A stretch of 64,000 nt of DNA from Chitinophagaceae bacterium. GTDB lineage: Bacteria; Bacteroidota; Bacteroidia; Chitinophagales; Chitinophagaceae. Of this stretch, positions 1-11,018 are shown piece after piece. The stretch's first letter is position 1. Each line of letters starts with the position of its first letter. The DNA lies in the NCBI GenBank assembly GCA_016713085.1, contig JADJPV010000002.1, positions 1,575,352-1,639,351 of the forward strand. The letters run 5' to 3'. Both the position numbers and the translations under genes were made by a program. The notes beneath the pieces are model-generated. The model saw only the letters and a program-made list of their open reading frames with translations, had not been told where the DNA came from and made no database searches.

Positions 1-1083
1 ACTTATGCTATGTTGTTAATGTTATATGCAGCCAATAATTTACCCTACTCTGCACTGAGTGGTGTAATTACCGGAGATATGAAAGAACGTAACAGCATGT
101 CATCCTATCGTTTTGTTGCAGTAATGTTTGCACAATTTTTTGTACAGGTATTTATGTACAACTTTATTATTAAAGCAGGAGGAGGAACAGATGCTGAATC
201 AATGAAAGTTGGCATATCTAACGTAATGACGGTGTTGGCTATCATTGGAACCATCATGCTGATCATTTGTTTTTTAGCAACTAAAGAAAGAATTGTACCA
301 AAACCAGAACAGAAATCGAGCTTAAAGGAAGATTTATCCGACCTGTTTAAAAATAAGCCATGGATCATAATGCTAACCGTTACCACGCTGGTGTTTGTTA
401 CCCTGGCCATGAAAGGTGGTTCTTATGTTTATTATTTTGAAAACTATGTTGATAAAGCAGAGTTGACTTCATTTTTAGACCCATTCAAAAAGTTTCTTCC
501 CACTTTTGAAAATGACACTTCCTTAGGTTTGGGGGTTTTTAATGGTGGTGGTATTTTAGTGGGTTTGGTTGGTATCATGTTGTCGCAACAATTTGCAAAT
601 AAATATGGCAAGCGAAATGTATTTATGGCATCGCTGTTTATATCAACCCTGTTCATTATTTTATTTTACTTTTTTCAGCCAAAATCAATTGGAATAATTT
701 TTGGCGCACAAATATTGCACGGCTTTTTTTACGGTATAAGCACACCAATATTATGGACGATGATCGCTGATGTGGCTGATTTTAGTGAATGGAAAAATAA
801 CCGTCGGGCAACTGCCATTATATTCTCTGCCATGATGGTGGGTTTAAAAGCCGGCTTAAGTATTGGCAGTTCATTAGTGTCCTGGATACTGGGCAAATAC
901 GAATATGTGGCCAATAGTACTTCAGGGCAAACAGCAACTGCCATTAATGGCACTAAAATGCTCATTAGTATATTCCCTGCAATACCATTTCTTATAGCAG
1001 TTGCATTATTGTTCTTCTATGAAATAAATAAAAAGAAGGAAGTGCAGATTGAAGCCGATTTAAAACAAAGAAGAACGGCATAA
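1..1083 (+). CDS. MFS transporter, glycoside-pentoside-hexuronide (GPH) family, 5'-partial; probable xyloside/oligosaccharide symporter
   Basis: Frame is open from base 1. GPH motifs NLPYSALSGVIT...R, WTMIADVADFSEWKNNRRATA and K.GL..G; many TM helices; sits directly before GH43 genes. Confidence 0.9.
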   Translation, partial: TYAMLLMLYAANNLPYSALSGVITGDMKERNSMSSYRFVAVMFAQFFVQVFMYNFIIKAGGGTDAESMKVGISNVMTVLAIIGTIMLIICFLATKERIVPKPEQKSSLKEDLSDLFKNKPWIIMLTVTTLVFVTLAMKGGSYVYYFENYVDKAELTSFLDPFKKFLPTFENDTSLGLGVFNGGGILVGLVGIMLSQQFANKYGKRNVFMASLFISTLFIILFYFFQPKSIGIIFGAQILHGFFYGISTPILWTMIADVADFSEWKNNRRATAIIFSAMMVGLKAGLSIGSSLVSWILGKYEYVANSTSGQTATAINGTKMLISIFPAIPFLIAVALLFFYEINKKKEVQIEADLKQRRTA

Positions 1084-1110
1084 CTTAAACTTATAACATA
1101 AAACTTTCTC

Positions 1111-2148
1111 ATGCCTGAAGACAGTATTGATCATATTGATTTTGATGATTTAAATAAGAAGGCAATTTCCCAGCCGCTTGTTTCGCATATTTACACAGCT
1201 GATCCATCAGCACATGTTTTTGATGGGAAGATTTACATCTACCCATCGCATGATGTTGATGCAGGTGATGCTTTTGATGATTTGGGAAGTCATTTTGCTA
1301 TGGAAGATTATCATATTCTCTCCATGGATAACCCAACTGCAGAAACAATTGATCATGGTGTTGCGTTGCATGTAAAGGATGTACCGTGGGCCGATAAACA
1401 AATGTGGGCCCCTGATGCTTCGGAAAAAGACGGCACTTATTATTTGTTCTTTCCTGCGAAAGGACATGACGGTATCTTCCGTATTGGTGTTGCAACAAGT
1501 GCGTCACCAACAGGCCCTTTTAAACCGCAACCGGAAGCGATCAAAAAAAGTTTTTCGATTGACCCTGCCGTTTTTAAAGATGATGATAGAAGTTACTATA
1601 TGTACTTTGGCGGCATCTGGGGAGGTCAGTTACAACGCTGGAGAACAGGCGCATTTAAAAGTGAACAGGCAGAAAGTCCTGTTGCATTCTTACCGGAAGA
1701 TCATGAAACTGCATTGTGTGCGAAGATTGTAAAACTCAGAGATGATTTGCTGGAGTTTGCTGAAACACCAAAAGATATTGTGATCACTGATGAACATGGT
1801 CAACCTCTTTTGCAAGGCGATAAAGACCGCCGGTTTTTTGAAGCATCGTGGATGCATAAGTATAATGGTAAGTATTATTTCTCTTACTCAACAGGTGATA
1901 CGCATTATATCTGTTATGCCATTGGTGATAATCCTTACGGACCGTTTACTTATGCAGGAAGAATTTTAGAACCCGTTGTTGGATGGACATCACACCACTC
2001 CATTTGCCAGTTTAAAAACAAGTGGTACTTATTTTATCACGACAGCAGTTTAAGCAAAGGAGTAACACATTTGCGAAGTGTAAAAGTGACGGAACTTATT
2101 CATGATGAGAATGGATTTATCCAGACAATTAAGCCTTACAACAATTAA
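1111..2148 (+). CDS. GH43 beta-xylosidase/alpha-L-arabinofuranosidase (GH43_1-like), no signal peptide
   Basis: YTADPSAHVF, MWAPD, SIDPAVF, RFFEASWMHK and GWTSHHSI motifs. Confidence 0.9.
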   Translation: MPEDSIDHIDFDDLNKKAISQPLVSHIYTADPSAHVFDGKIYIYPSHDVDAGDAFDDLGSHFAMEDYHILSMDNPTAETIDHGVALHVKDVPWADKQMWAPDASEKDGTYYLFFPAKGHDGIFRIGVATSASPTGPFKPQPEAIKKSFSIDPAVFKDDDRSYYMYFGGIWGGQLQRWRTGAFKSEQAESPVAFLPEDHETALCAKIVKLRDDLLEFAETPKDIVITDEHGQPLLQGDKDRRFFEASWMHKYNGKYYFSYSTGDTHYICYAIGDNPYGPFTYAGRILEPVVGWTSHHSICQFKNKWYLFYHDSSLSKGVTHLRSVKVTELIHDENGFIQTIKPYNN

Positions 2149-2162
2149 ACGTTAAAAACGTA

Positions 2163-3809
2163 ATGAAGAAATTTCTTTCAGTAATACTATTGAACATTGC
2201 ATTCATACTTGCAAATGCACAGTCGTTTCAAAACCCGATATTGGCCGGCTATTATCCCGACCCCAGTATCTGTCGTGCAGGCGATGATTATTATATTGTC
2301 AACTCTTCTTTTGCATACTACCCCGGTTTGCCTCTTTTTCACAGTAAAGATTTACTGAACTGGAAACAGATTGGCTATGCCATGAACAGACCGGAACAGT
2401 TAAACCTTGATGGTGCAGGTGTATCAAGAGGTTTATTTGCACCTGCGATTACCTGGCACAACGGTACATTTTATATTATTTGTACGGAAGTAAGTAAGCT
2501 TGGCAATTTTGTTATCACAGCAAAAGATCCCAAAGGACCCTGGAGCAATCCTGTTTCATTACCACAGGTAAATGGCATTGACCCCTCTATTTTTTTTGAC
2601 GACAATGGAAACGCATATGTTCTGTTTAACAGCATCCCTCCGAATAATATTTCTATGCACGATGGACACCGCACCATACGTATGTTTGAATTTGATGCTG
2701 TGAACCTGAAAGTGGTTGGTGAAGAAAAATTATTGATTAATGGCGGAACCGATATGGCCAAAAAACCTGTGTGGATTGAAGGACCGCACCTGATAAAAAA
2801 AGATGGCTGGTATTATTTAATCTGTGCTGAAGGTGGCACCGGTTATAATCATTCGGAAGTAGTCTTCAGAAGTAAATCACCCGAAGGTCCCTTTGTTTCT
2901 TATGAAAAGAATCCAATCCTTACACAACGTCATCTTGATCCAAAAAGAATGAACCCAATTACGACCACAGGTCATGCAGATTTTGTTGAAGGGAAAGATG
3001 GTAAATGGTGGGGAGTGTTTTTAGGCTGCCGTCCGTATGAAGGCGATTTTTATAATACAGGCAGAGAAACATTTATGGCACCCGTAGTATGGAAAAATGG
3101 CTGGCCTGAATTTGAACTTGGAGGAGATGAAGTAAAATACTCTTATCATATCAATGCTGTTGCAGATGAGAAAAGAGAGCTCTTCAACGGCAATTATCTT
3201 TTCCATGATGACTTCACTAACAATGTTCTCAACATCCGTTACCAGTTTTTAAGAACAGTACATAATCAATGGTACAATCTTACAGATAAACCTGGTTCAT
3301 TAACGTTGAAGCTTCGCCCGGGAACCTGCGCCGGAACAGACAACCCTTCATTTGTCGGATTTCATCAGCCACATATTAAAGGCTACGCTGCTGCATCATT
3401 AAACTTTATACCAAAAGTGGAATATGAAAAAGCCGGGTTACTGGCATTTCAAAATGAAAAAAATTATTACTACCTGTGCAAATCAATAAAGAATGGAAAA
3501 CAAACAGTAGAATTGTATAAAGGAACAGAGCTATTGGTCAGTAAAGAGGTGAACGTAAAAGTGAATAAGAACATCTTCCTGAAAATTGAAGCGAAAGCAG
3601 ATAAATATGCATTTTACTTCGCCACGAAAAAAAATCATTGGCAGGTAGTACTGGATAATGCCGATGGAAAATATCTCAGCACCAAATCAGCAGGAGGTTT
3701 TGTGGGATGCATGTATGCGATGTACGCTACATCAAACGGGAACGCTTCAGACAATACAGCTTCTTTCGATTGGTTTGAGATTAAGAATAACGATGAAGTC
3801 TATAAATGA
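2163..3809 (+). CDS. GH43 beta-xylosidase/arabinofuranosidase with C-terminal beta-sandwich, signal peptide
   Basis: NPILAGYYPDPSICR, GIDPSIFFD, WIEGPHL, TGHADFVE and C-terminal GGFVG motifs. Confidence 0.92.
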   Translation: MKKFLSVILLNIAFILANAQSFQNPILAGYYPDPSICRAGDDYYIVNSSFAYYPGLPLFHSKDLLNWKQIGYAMNRPEQLNLDGAGVSRGLFAPAITWHNGTFYIICTEVSKLGNFVITAKDPKGPWSNPVSLPQVNGIDPSIFFDDNGNAYVLFNSIPPNNISMHDGHRTIRMFEFDAVNLKVVGEEKLLINGGTDMAKKPVWIEGPHLIKKDGWYYLICAEGGTGYNHSEVVFRSKSPEGPFVSYEKNPILTQRHLDPKRMNPITTTGHADFVEGKDGKWWGVFLGCRPYEGDFYNTGRETFMAPVVWKNGWPEFELGGDEVKYSYHINAVADEKRELFNGNYLFHDDFTNNVLNIRYQFLRTVHNQWYNLTDKPGSLTLKLRPGTCAGTDNPSFVGFHQPHIKGYAAASLNFIPKVEYEKAGLLAFQNEKNYYYLCKSIKNGKQTVELYKGTELLVSKEVNVKVNKNIFLKIEAKADKYAFYFATKKNHWQVVLDNADGKYLSTKSAGGFVGCMYAMYATSNGNASDNTASFDWFEIKNNDEVYK

Positions 3810-3829
3810 ATTTATAATAAAAACAAAAG

Positions 3830-6448
3830 ATGAGAAAATTTAGTTTGCTGTTATTATGCTTATTCGCTGCAAAACTGTTTGCACAGGATTACAAATCATT
3901 CCCTATGTGGAATTACAAATTACCTGTTGAACAAAGGGTGAATGATTTAGTAAGCCGTTTAACACTGGAAGAAAAAGTAGCACAGATGCTGAATGCAACA
4001 CCTGCTGTTGAAAGACTTGGCATCCCTGCTTATGACTGGTGGAATGAAACACTTCATGGTGTTGCAAGAACTCCCTATAAGGTTACCTCCTATCCACAGG
4101 CAATTGGTATGGCAGCTACATGGGATACAAATTCACTGTACCGCATGGCCGATTATTCTGCAACGGAAGGAAGAGCTATCAATAACAAAGCAATTGAATT
4201 GGGAAGAACAAAGGACCGCTATGTTGGTCTTACCTACTGGACACCCAATATTAATATCTTCCGTGATCCACGCTGGGGTCGTGGACAGGAAACTTATGGC
4301 GAAGATCCATTCTTAACTGCTATGCTTGGCAGTGCTTTTGTAAATGGGCTGCAGGGCAACGATCCGAAATATTTAAAAGCAGCAGCCTGTGCCAAACATT
4401 TTGCTGTACACAGCGGACCTGAACCAAGCCGCCACTCCGATAATTTCAATCCAACTGTTTATGATTTGTGGGATACGTATTTACCGGCATTTAAAGAACT
4501 GATCGTAAATGCAAATGTTGCCGGTGTAATGTGCGCTTACAATGCAGTAAATACACAACCCTGCTGCGGAAGTGATCTGTTGATGAATGATATTCTCCGT
4601 AAGCAATGGAAGTTCACCGGCTATGTAACGAGTGATTGTGGTGGTATTGATGATTTCTTCCGTTTTCATAAAACGCATAAAGATGCAACAGTAGCTTCTG
4701 TTGATGCTGTGTTGCACGGAACAGATGTTGAATGCGGACGGGCTGCTTTCTACACACTTGTTGATGCAGTTAAGAAAGGTTTGATCAGTGAAGAACAAAT
4801 TAATATCTCTGTTAAACGGCTGTTTACTATCCGTTACCGGTTGGGTGTGTTTGATCCTGTATCGATGGTGAAGTATGCACAAACTCCTTCTTCCGTGCTG
4901 GAAGCTCCACAACACAAAGCACATGCTTTAAAGATGGCGCAGCAGTCAATCGTATTGCTGAAAAATCAGAATAACATTTTACCCTTAAGCAAAAAGATAA
5001 AGAAGATTGCCATACTTGGTCCTAATGCAGACAATGAAATTGCAGTACTTGGTAATTACAATGGCACCCCTTCCAATATTGTTTCAGTACTGGAAGGCAT
5101 CAAAGAAAAACTGGGAAAAGATGTGGAAGTGATTTATGAAAAGGCCATCAACTTTGCAAACGATACCCTGCTGGTACACAAAGATATTTCAACACTGTAC
5201 AGTTATGATGGCAAACCAGGTGTAAAAGCAGAATACTTCTCCAATGAAAAACTGGAAGGCAGTCCTGTTCTTACGCAAACAGAAAAAGAAATCAATCATT
5301 ACTGGCAGGAAGGAAGTATTCCTTTTCCGGGTGTACCATCTGTACATTTTTCTGCCCGTTATACTACTGCCATTACAGCAACCAAAGATGAAGTAATGAG
5401 TTTTGAAAGTGAAGCCAATGACGGCTACAGGGTTTTAATTAATGACAGTATAGTAGTAGATGTATGGGAACGCAACCGCTGGGGCAGTAAGCAATTTAAC
5501 CTGCCGGTAAAAAAAGGTGTTACTTACAAAATTGAAATGAGTTTCCGCCAGAGTGAAGGCGATGCTACCGTAAAACTGCGGGCAGGTAATTATGTAAAAA
5601 CAGATTTCACTGCTTTAGCCAATCGCTTAAAAGATGTAGATGCTATCATTTTCGCAGGAGGTATTTCACCTCAGCTGGAAGGTGAAGAAATGCCCGTTAA
5701 TGTTCCGGGCTTTAAAGGAGGCGACCGCACAAGCATCATGTTGCCAGCTGTACAAACAGAATTAATGAAAGCTTTAAAAGCAACAGGCAAACCTGTTGTG
5801 TTTGTGATGATGACGGGAAGTGCAATTGCAATTCCATGGGAAGATGAAAACATTCCTGCCATCGTCAATACATGGTATGGCGGACAAAGTGCAGGCACTG
5901 CCATTGCAGATGTATTGTTTGGTGATTATAATCCTGCAGGACGTTTACCCGTTACATTTTACAGAGGCGACAATGATCTTCCAGGCTTCAGTGATTACTC
6001 AATGGATGGAAGAACCTACCGTTACTTCAGAGGTAAAGCACTATATCCATTTGGTTACGGATTAAGTTATACTACCTTTAACTACAGTGCTTTGAAACTT
6101 CCAAAAGCAACAGCAAAGAATAAAAAAATCACCGTATCAGTCATTGTAAAAAATACCGGCGCCCGTGCAGGTGAAGAAGTTGTACAGTTGTATATATCAC
6201 ATCAATACATCAAGGGAAAAACACCTGTAAGAGCATTGAAAGGTTTTAAACGTATCGCTTTAAAAGCAGGTGAAAGTAAACTTGTTTCGTTTACACTAAC
6301 GCCGGAAGAATTATCTCTTGTAAGTGAAGAAGATGGAAAACTGTTTCAGCCTTCAGGAAAAATAATGATCAGCATTGGCGGCGGGCAACCGGGTGTAAAA
6401 AATAAAACATCAGGCAATGTGGTAAGCAATTCAATAACGGTTCTGTAA
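3830..6448 (+). CDS. GH3 beta-xylosidase/glucosidase with PA14 insert and Fn3-like C-terminus
   Basis: WTPNINIFRDPRWGRGQETYGEDP, CAKHFAVHSGPE, GYVTSDCG and YPFGYGLSYT motifs. Confidence 0.95.
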   Translation: MRKFSLLLLCLFAAKLFAQDYKSFPMWNYKLPVEQRVNDLVSRLTLEEKVAQMLNATPAVERLGIPAYDWWNETLHGVARTPYKVTSYPQAIGMAATWDTNSLYRMADYSATEGRAINNKAIELGRTKDRYVGLTYWTPNINIFRDPRWGRGQETYGEDPFLTAMLGSAFVNGLQGNDPKYLKAAACAKHFAVHSGPEPSRHSDNFNPTVYDLWDTYLPAFKELIVNANVAGVMCAYNAVNTQPCCGSDLLMNDILRKQWKFTGYVTSDCGGIDDFFRFHKTHKDATVASVDAVLHGTDVECGRAAFYTLVDAVKKGLISEEQINISVKRLFTIRYRLGVFDPVSMVKYAQTPSSVLEAPQHKAHALKMAQQSIVLLKNQNNILPLSKKIKKIAILGPNADNEIAVLGNYNGTPSNIVSVLEGIKEKLGKDVEVIYEKAINFANDTLLVHKDISTLYSYDGKPGVKAEYFSNEKLEGSPVLTQTEKEINHYWQEGSIPFPGVPSVHFSARYTTAITATKDEVMSFESEANDGYRVLINDSIVVDVWERNRWGSKQFNLPVKKGVTYKIEMSFRQSEGDATVKLRAGNYVKTDFTALANRLKDVDAIIFAGGISPQLEGEEMPVNVPGFKGGDRTSIMLPAVQTELMKALKATGKPVVFVMMTGSAIAIPWEDENIPAIVNTWYGGQSAGTAIADVLFGDYNPAGRLPVTFYRGDNDLPGFSDYSMDGRTYRYFRGKALYPFGYGLSYTTFNYSALKLPKATAKNKKITVSVIVKNTGARAGEEVVQLYISHQYIKGKTPVRALKGFKRIALKAGESKLVSFTLTPEELSLVSEEDGKLFQPSGKIMISIGGGQPGVKNKTSGNVVSNSITVL

Positions 6449-6572
6449 TCTGAATAGAGTTGAGATAGTTAAATCTAAAAAGAATAAAGTGAATCGCACA
6501 GGGATGTGGCGCAATAACTGATGCTGTGAAAAACTGAAGTTGTTATCATATTATCAATCACTAAAAAGTTGA

Positions 6573-7952
6573 ATGATGAAAAAAAGAACACAGTCCCGCC
6601 GGGAGTTTCTGAGCAATTCGATTAAAGCATCTGCAATATTTGCGTTGCCGTCAATTGTTCCTTTCAGTGTGTTTGGAAAAAATGCACCAGGTAACCGCAT
6701 TAACGTTGCGGCAATTGGCTCCGGCCGTATTTCACGCATTCACGATATGCCCGGTGTATGGGGTCAGAATTATGCTCAGCTGATGGCAGTGTGTGACCTG
6801 GATTCAAACAGAGCTGCGGAAGGAAAAACATTGGTGAATGATTTTTACTCAAAAAGAGATGGCAAACCATTTGACGGTGTAAAAGTTTATACAGATTACC
6901 GTGAACTGTTACAGAATAAAGATATTGATGCAGTATTGATAAGTACACCCGATCATACTCATGCCATGATTGGAGCTGCAGCAGCACGTGCAGGTAAACA
7001 TATTTATATGCAGAAGCCTGCATCACTTACGATTGCTGAAGGAAGAATCATCAGCAATGTGATACAGAAAAGCGGCGTAAAATTTCAGATAGGAAGTCAG
7101 CAGCGGAGCAGTGAACAATTCCGTTATGCAGCAGAGTTGGTTCGTAATGGCCGCATTGGAAAACTGAAAACTGTTTATGTTGGTTTGCCCGGTGATCCGC
7201 CCGGAGGAAAGACAGACGAAATGCCTGTTCCAAAAAACTTGGATTATGATATGTGGCTTGCATCAACTCCTGAAGTGTATTATACTGAAGACCGTGTACA
7301 TCCGCAAGTTGGTTATGGTCGTCCCGGTTGGTTACGTTGTGAGCAGTTTGGTGCAGGTATGATAACCGGATGGGGTGCACATCATATTGATTCTGCACAT
7401 TGGGGCATGGGTATGGAAAGCAGCGGACCTGTTGAAATCTGGAATGAAAAAGCTGAGTTTGCAACAGGTGGATTGTGGAATGTACATGGAGTATTTAAAA
7501 CCGGTGCAACCTATGCAAACGGTGTTACAATGATTGTAAGCAACGAGTTTCAAAACGGGATAAAATTTGAAGGAACAACCGGATGGATTTTTGTTTCAAG
7601 AGGAGATTACCAGGTTACATCATCTGATGGCAATGCCGGAACAGCACAGGCGAAGAAAATTGATGCCAGCGATCCAAAGCTCCTTACATCTGTAATAGCT
7701 GAAAACGAATTTCATTTTACTGTAAGTAAAGATCATCATGCCAACTGGCTGGAAGCGATCCGTGATAATAAAAAAACAATTGCACCGGTTGAAGAAGCAC
7801 ACCGTGCCTGCTCAGCCTGCCTGCTGCATCATATAGCTATGAAGCTAAACAGGAAATTATACTGGGACCCCGCAAAGGAGCAATTTAATAATGATGATGA
7901 AGCAAATAAACTCCTGTCGAGGCCACAACGCAAAGGCTATGAAGTGAAATAG
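6573..7952 (+). CDS. Gfo/Idh/MocA family NAD(P)-dependent oxidoreductase with twin-arginine (Tat) signal
   Basis: SRREFL Tat motif; IGSG Rossmann motif; DAVLISTPDHTH, KHIYMQKP, QIGSQQRS and GWGAHHID motifs. Confidence 0.92.
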   Translation: MMKKRTQSRREFLSNSIKASAIFALPSIVPFSVFGKNAPGNRINVAAIGSGRISRIHDMPGVWGQNYAQLMAVCDLDSNRAAEGKTLVNDFYSKRDGKPFDGVKVYTDYRELLQNKDIDAVLISTPDHTHAMIGAAAARAGKHIYMQKPASLTIAEGRIISNVIQKSGVKFQIGSQQRSSEQFRYAAELVRNGRIGKLKTVYVGLPGDPPGGKTDEMPVPKNLDYDMWLASTPEVYYTEDRVHPQVGYGRPGWLRCEQFGAGMITGWGAHHIDSAHWGMGMESSGPVEIWNEKAEFATGGLWNVHGVFKTGATYANGVTMIVSNEFQNGIKFEGTTGWIFVSRGDYQVTSSDGNAGTAQAKKIDASDPKLLTSVIAENEFHFTVSKDHHANWLEAIRDNKKTIAPVEEAHRACSACLLHHIAMKLNRKLYWDPAKEQFNNDDEANKLLSRPQRKGYEVK

Positions 7953-7982
7953 ATTTTTTTACTGAATTTAATCAACCATAAC

Positions 7983-8747
7983 ATGAAAAAAATACTTGCC
8001 ATATTATTCCTGCTCCCGCTTTACACTTTGGCGCAGCAGGACTCAGTCTTATCAGGAGTTTACAATTGGGCTGAGCTAGCTTCATCAACAATCAATAAAA
8101 TTTCTTCCACTGTATTGCTGGAAGGAAAAACCCATGACTTTAAATGGATACAGTTAACTGCAAACAGTTTAAATCCATCACCTGTAAGAATCAAACAAAC
8201 TGTTCCCAAAAACCAGGAACAATTAATTATTGTGAAAACAGGTACCCTGCAAATTGGCTTGGGCGATTCAACCTTTGCACTGAATGCCGGAAGTGTAGCA
8301 ATATTAATGCCCGGAAAAAAGATTTTACTCAACAGTATAAAGCCCTGCAGTTTTTATATTATGAAATACCGGAGCAAAGCCCCAAAGGATCTGCAAAGGG
8401 GAAAAAACAATGGAGGCTCGTTTATAAAATTCTGGGAAGCCATTCCGTTTAAACCAAACAATAACGGCGGTGGCAGAAGAGATTTTTTTGAACATCCTAC
8501 TGCCATGCAGAAAAGATTTGAAATGCATGTTACCACGCTGAAAGAAGGACTGAGAAGCCACGATCCACATACGCACCGTGCAGAAGAAATAATAATCATG
8601 ATAGAAGGTGATACCGAAATGCAGATAGGTGAAAATTTCGCCAAAGGAAAAACAGGTGATTTCTTTTATCTTGGAAGTAATATACTTCATGGAATAAAAA
8701 ATATTGGTACAAAACCCTGCATGTATTTTGCCATTCAGTTTGAATAA
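7983..8747 (+). CDS. Secreted bicupin-domain protein
   Basis: Signal peptide and two cupin repeats; the second keeps HDPHTHRAEEIIIMIEG ... HGIKN metal ligands. Confidence 0.8.
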   Translation: MKKILAILFLLPLYTLAQQDSVLSGVYNWAELASSTINKISSTVLLEGKTHDFKWIQLTANSLNPSPVRIKQTVPKNQEQLIIVKTGTLQIGLGDSTFALNAGSVAILMPGKKILLNSIKPCSFYIMKYRSKAPKDLQRGKNNGGSFIKFWEAIPFKPNNNGGGRRDFFEHPTAMQKRFEMHVTTLKEGLRSHDPHTHRAEEIIIMIEGDTEMQIGENFAKGKTGDFFYLGSNILHGIKNIGTKPCMYFAIQFE

Positions 8748-8779
8748 TGATAAATGAACATTTCATTAAAGCATAAAGA

Positions 8780-9861
8780 ATGAAAAAATATTATTCATTT
8801 TATTCATCTGTACTTCGATGAATAGTTTTGCTCAATATCCCCGTGTGGATATCCCCGGTTCTGAAGTAAGAAAAATTACTTCTTCCATTGTTACCGGGCA
8901 GGAATATGAATTGCATATCCTGTTACCGGGCAGTTACAGGAGCAGTACAAAAAAATTTCCTGTTGTGTACCTGATGGATTCTCAATGGGATTTCTCACTG
9001 GTAAAATCAATTTTCGGTCAGCAGTATTATGATGGCTTTATTCCTGAACTGATTATTGTGGGCGTAACATGGGGAGGAATAAAACCAAACCCCGACAGTT
9101 TAAGAGCAAGAGATTATACTTCAACTAAAGAAACAAGAGCTCCGCAAAGTGGTGGTGCAGATAAATTTCTTTCCTTCATAAAAAATGAACTGTTCCCGTT
9201 TATTGAAAAAAATTATAAAGCCGATAGTGCAAACAGAATATTAATGGGCTGTTCACTTGGAGGATTATTTACAGTATATACATTGTTCACTCAACCGGAA
9301 CTGTTTACAGGCTATGCCGCTGCCAGCCCTGCTATTGGCTGGGATAGGGAAGTAATGTACCAGTTTGAAAAAGAGTTTTATCAGAAAAAATTATCCAAAC
9401 CTGTGCGTTTGTATATGACGGTTGGAGATGTGGAAAGCAGCCGACCTGCTTATGAAAAATTTGCCGCACAAATGATCGGCAGGAACTACTCATCAGTAAG
9501 CATTCAATCAAAAATATTAGAAAACACCGGGCATTCAGGAACAAAATCAGAAACATACAGCAGAGGTCTTCAATATATTTTTGAACGGCCGAAGCTGAGT
9601 CTTGATACAAAGCTGCTGGATAAATATGCCGGTATTTATGTATCAGCAACGGGAAACAGAATTGAAATAAAAAAGGAAAACGGCAGCCTCGTTTTATTCT
9701 ATTCCCCTTTCAATAAATACCAGCTGTATGCATCAACTGAAACAGGCTTTTATTCAACGTCAGAATTTCTGAACATTGATTTCAAAATAGAAAACGGCAA
9801 AGCAAGTGCCTTGCAATTGGAAAGATTTGGCGGGACTGATTTATTAAAAAAGATTAACTAA
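8780..9861 (+). CDS. Alpha/beta-hydrolase esterase (IroE/Fes-like) with C-terminal DUF3471-like domain; single-base frameshift in the signal peptide
   Basis: GCSLGG nucleophile elbow, RARDYT, FPVVYLMD. ATG at 8780 (MKK) is one base out of frame with ILFILFICTSMNSFAQ, with the break in an A-run. Confidence 0.8.
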
Positions 9862-9864
9862 AGA

Positions 9865-11018
9865 ATGTTACGGAAGCAATTTTTTTTTATCATCTTAACT
9901 TTCTGTATACTGGTTGCAAACAGTTACGGCCAATTCAATGATTGGCCAAAAGGCAAGTCGCCAGAAGAAGTTGGCCTTCGTATTGCAGAGCGTTTCATTT
10001 CTTCAGCACATGGCGTATATAATTCGCCGGGAACAAAACCGCATATCCCCTATTTTGAAGTTTGTACCTGGTACGGAGCTTTAACATTTGCTGATCTTAC
10101 TGCTAATAATGACCTGCGAACAAAATTGATTGACAGGTTTACTCCGCTGTTTGATAAGGATTCATCTTTGCTTACAGTTCCTGACCATGTAGACTACACA
10201 GTCTTTGGTGCACTACCATTAGAGATCTATCTGCAGACAAAAGACAAAAAATACTTTAACCTCGGTAAACATTATGCAGACAAACAATGGGCTGCTCCCG
10301 AAGGTCCAAGAGTAATTCCTGAATCTTACACCTATTACAATAATGGGCTAAGCTGGCAAACAAGATTGTGGATTGATGACATGTATATGATTACAATGAT
10401 ACAGGCTCAGGCATTTCGTGCAACAGGCGATCAGAAATATATTGATCGTGCTGCAACTGAAATGGTTTTTTATTTACATGAGCTGCAAAAAGAAAATGGA
10501 TTGTTTTATCATGCCCCCGATGCTCCTTTCTTCTGGGGAAGAGGAAATGGCTGGATGGCAGCAGGTATGACTGAATTGCTGAGAGTGTTACCAAAAAACA
10601 ATACGAACTATAAAGCAATCATGAATGGTTATAAAAAAATGATGGGGTCTTTATTAAAGTATCAAAGTGAGAACGGTATGTGGCGGCAATTGGTTGATGA
10701 TCCTGCTTTCTGGCCTGAAACATCCTGCTCAGCCATGTTTACTTTTGCAATGATCACTGGTGTAAAGAATGGATGGCTTGATAAAAAAACATACAGCAAA
10801 GCCGCAAGGAAAGGATGGCTTGGCTTAATTTCTTATATCAATGAAAATAATGAAATCACTGAGTGTGTGAAGGAACCGGGAAAAAGAACGACCGGCAATA
10901 TTATATGGACCGAAAACACATTACAGGTGATTTTCATGGACAGGCTCCTGTGCTTTGGTGTGCAAGTGCATTATTGAGAAAGAACAATACTTTTAAAAAT
11001 GAAAAACGAAAAAGATAA
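9865..11018 (+). CDS. GH88/GH105 unsaturated glycuronyl hydrolase; single-base frameshift near 10864
   Basis: LWIDDMYM, FFWGRGNGWMAAG and WPETSCSAMFTFA motifs. The conserved tail VCEGTGKKNDRQYYMDRKHITGDFHGQAPVLWCASALL is in a shifted frame and ends at TAA 11016-11018. Confidence 0.85.
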
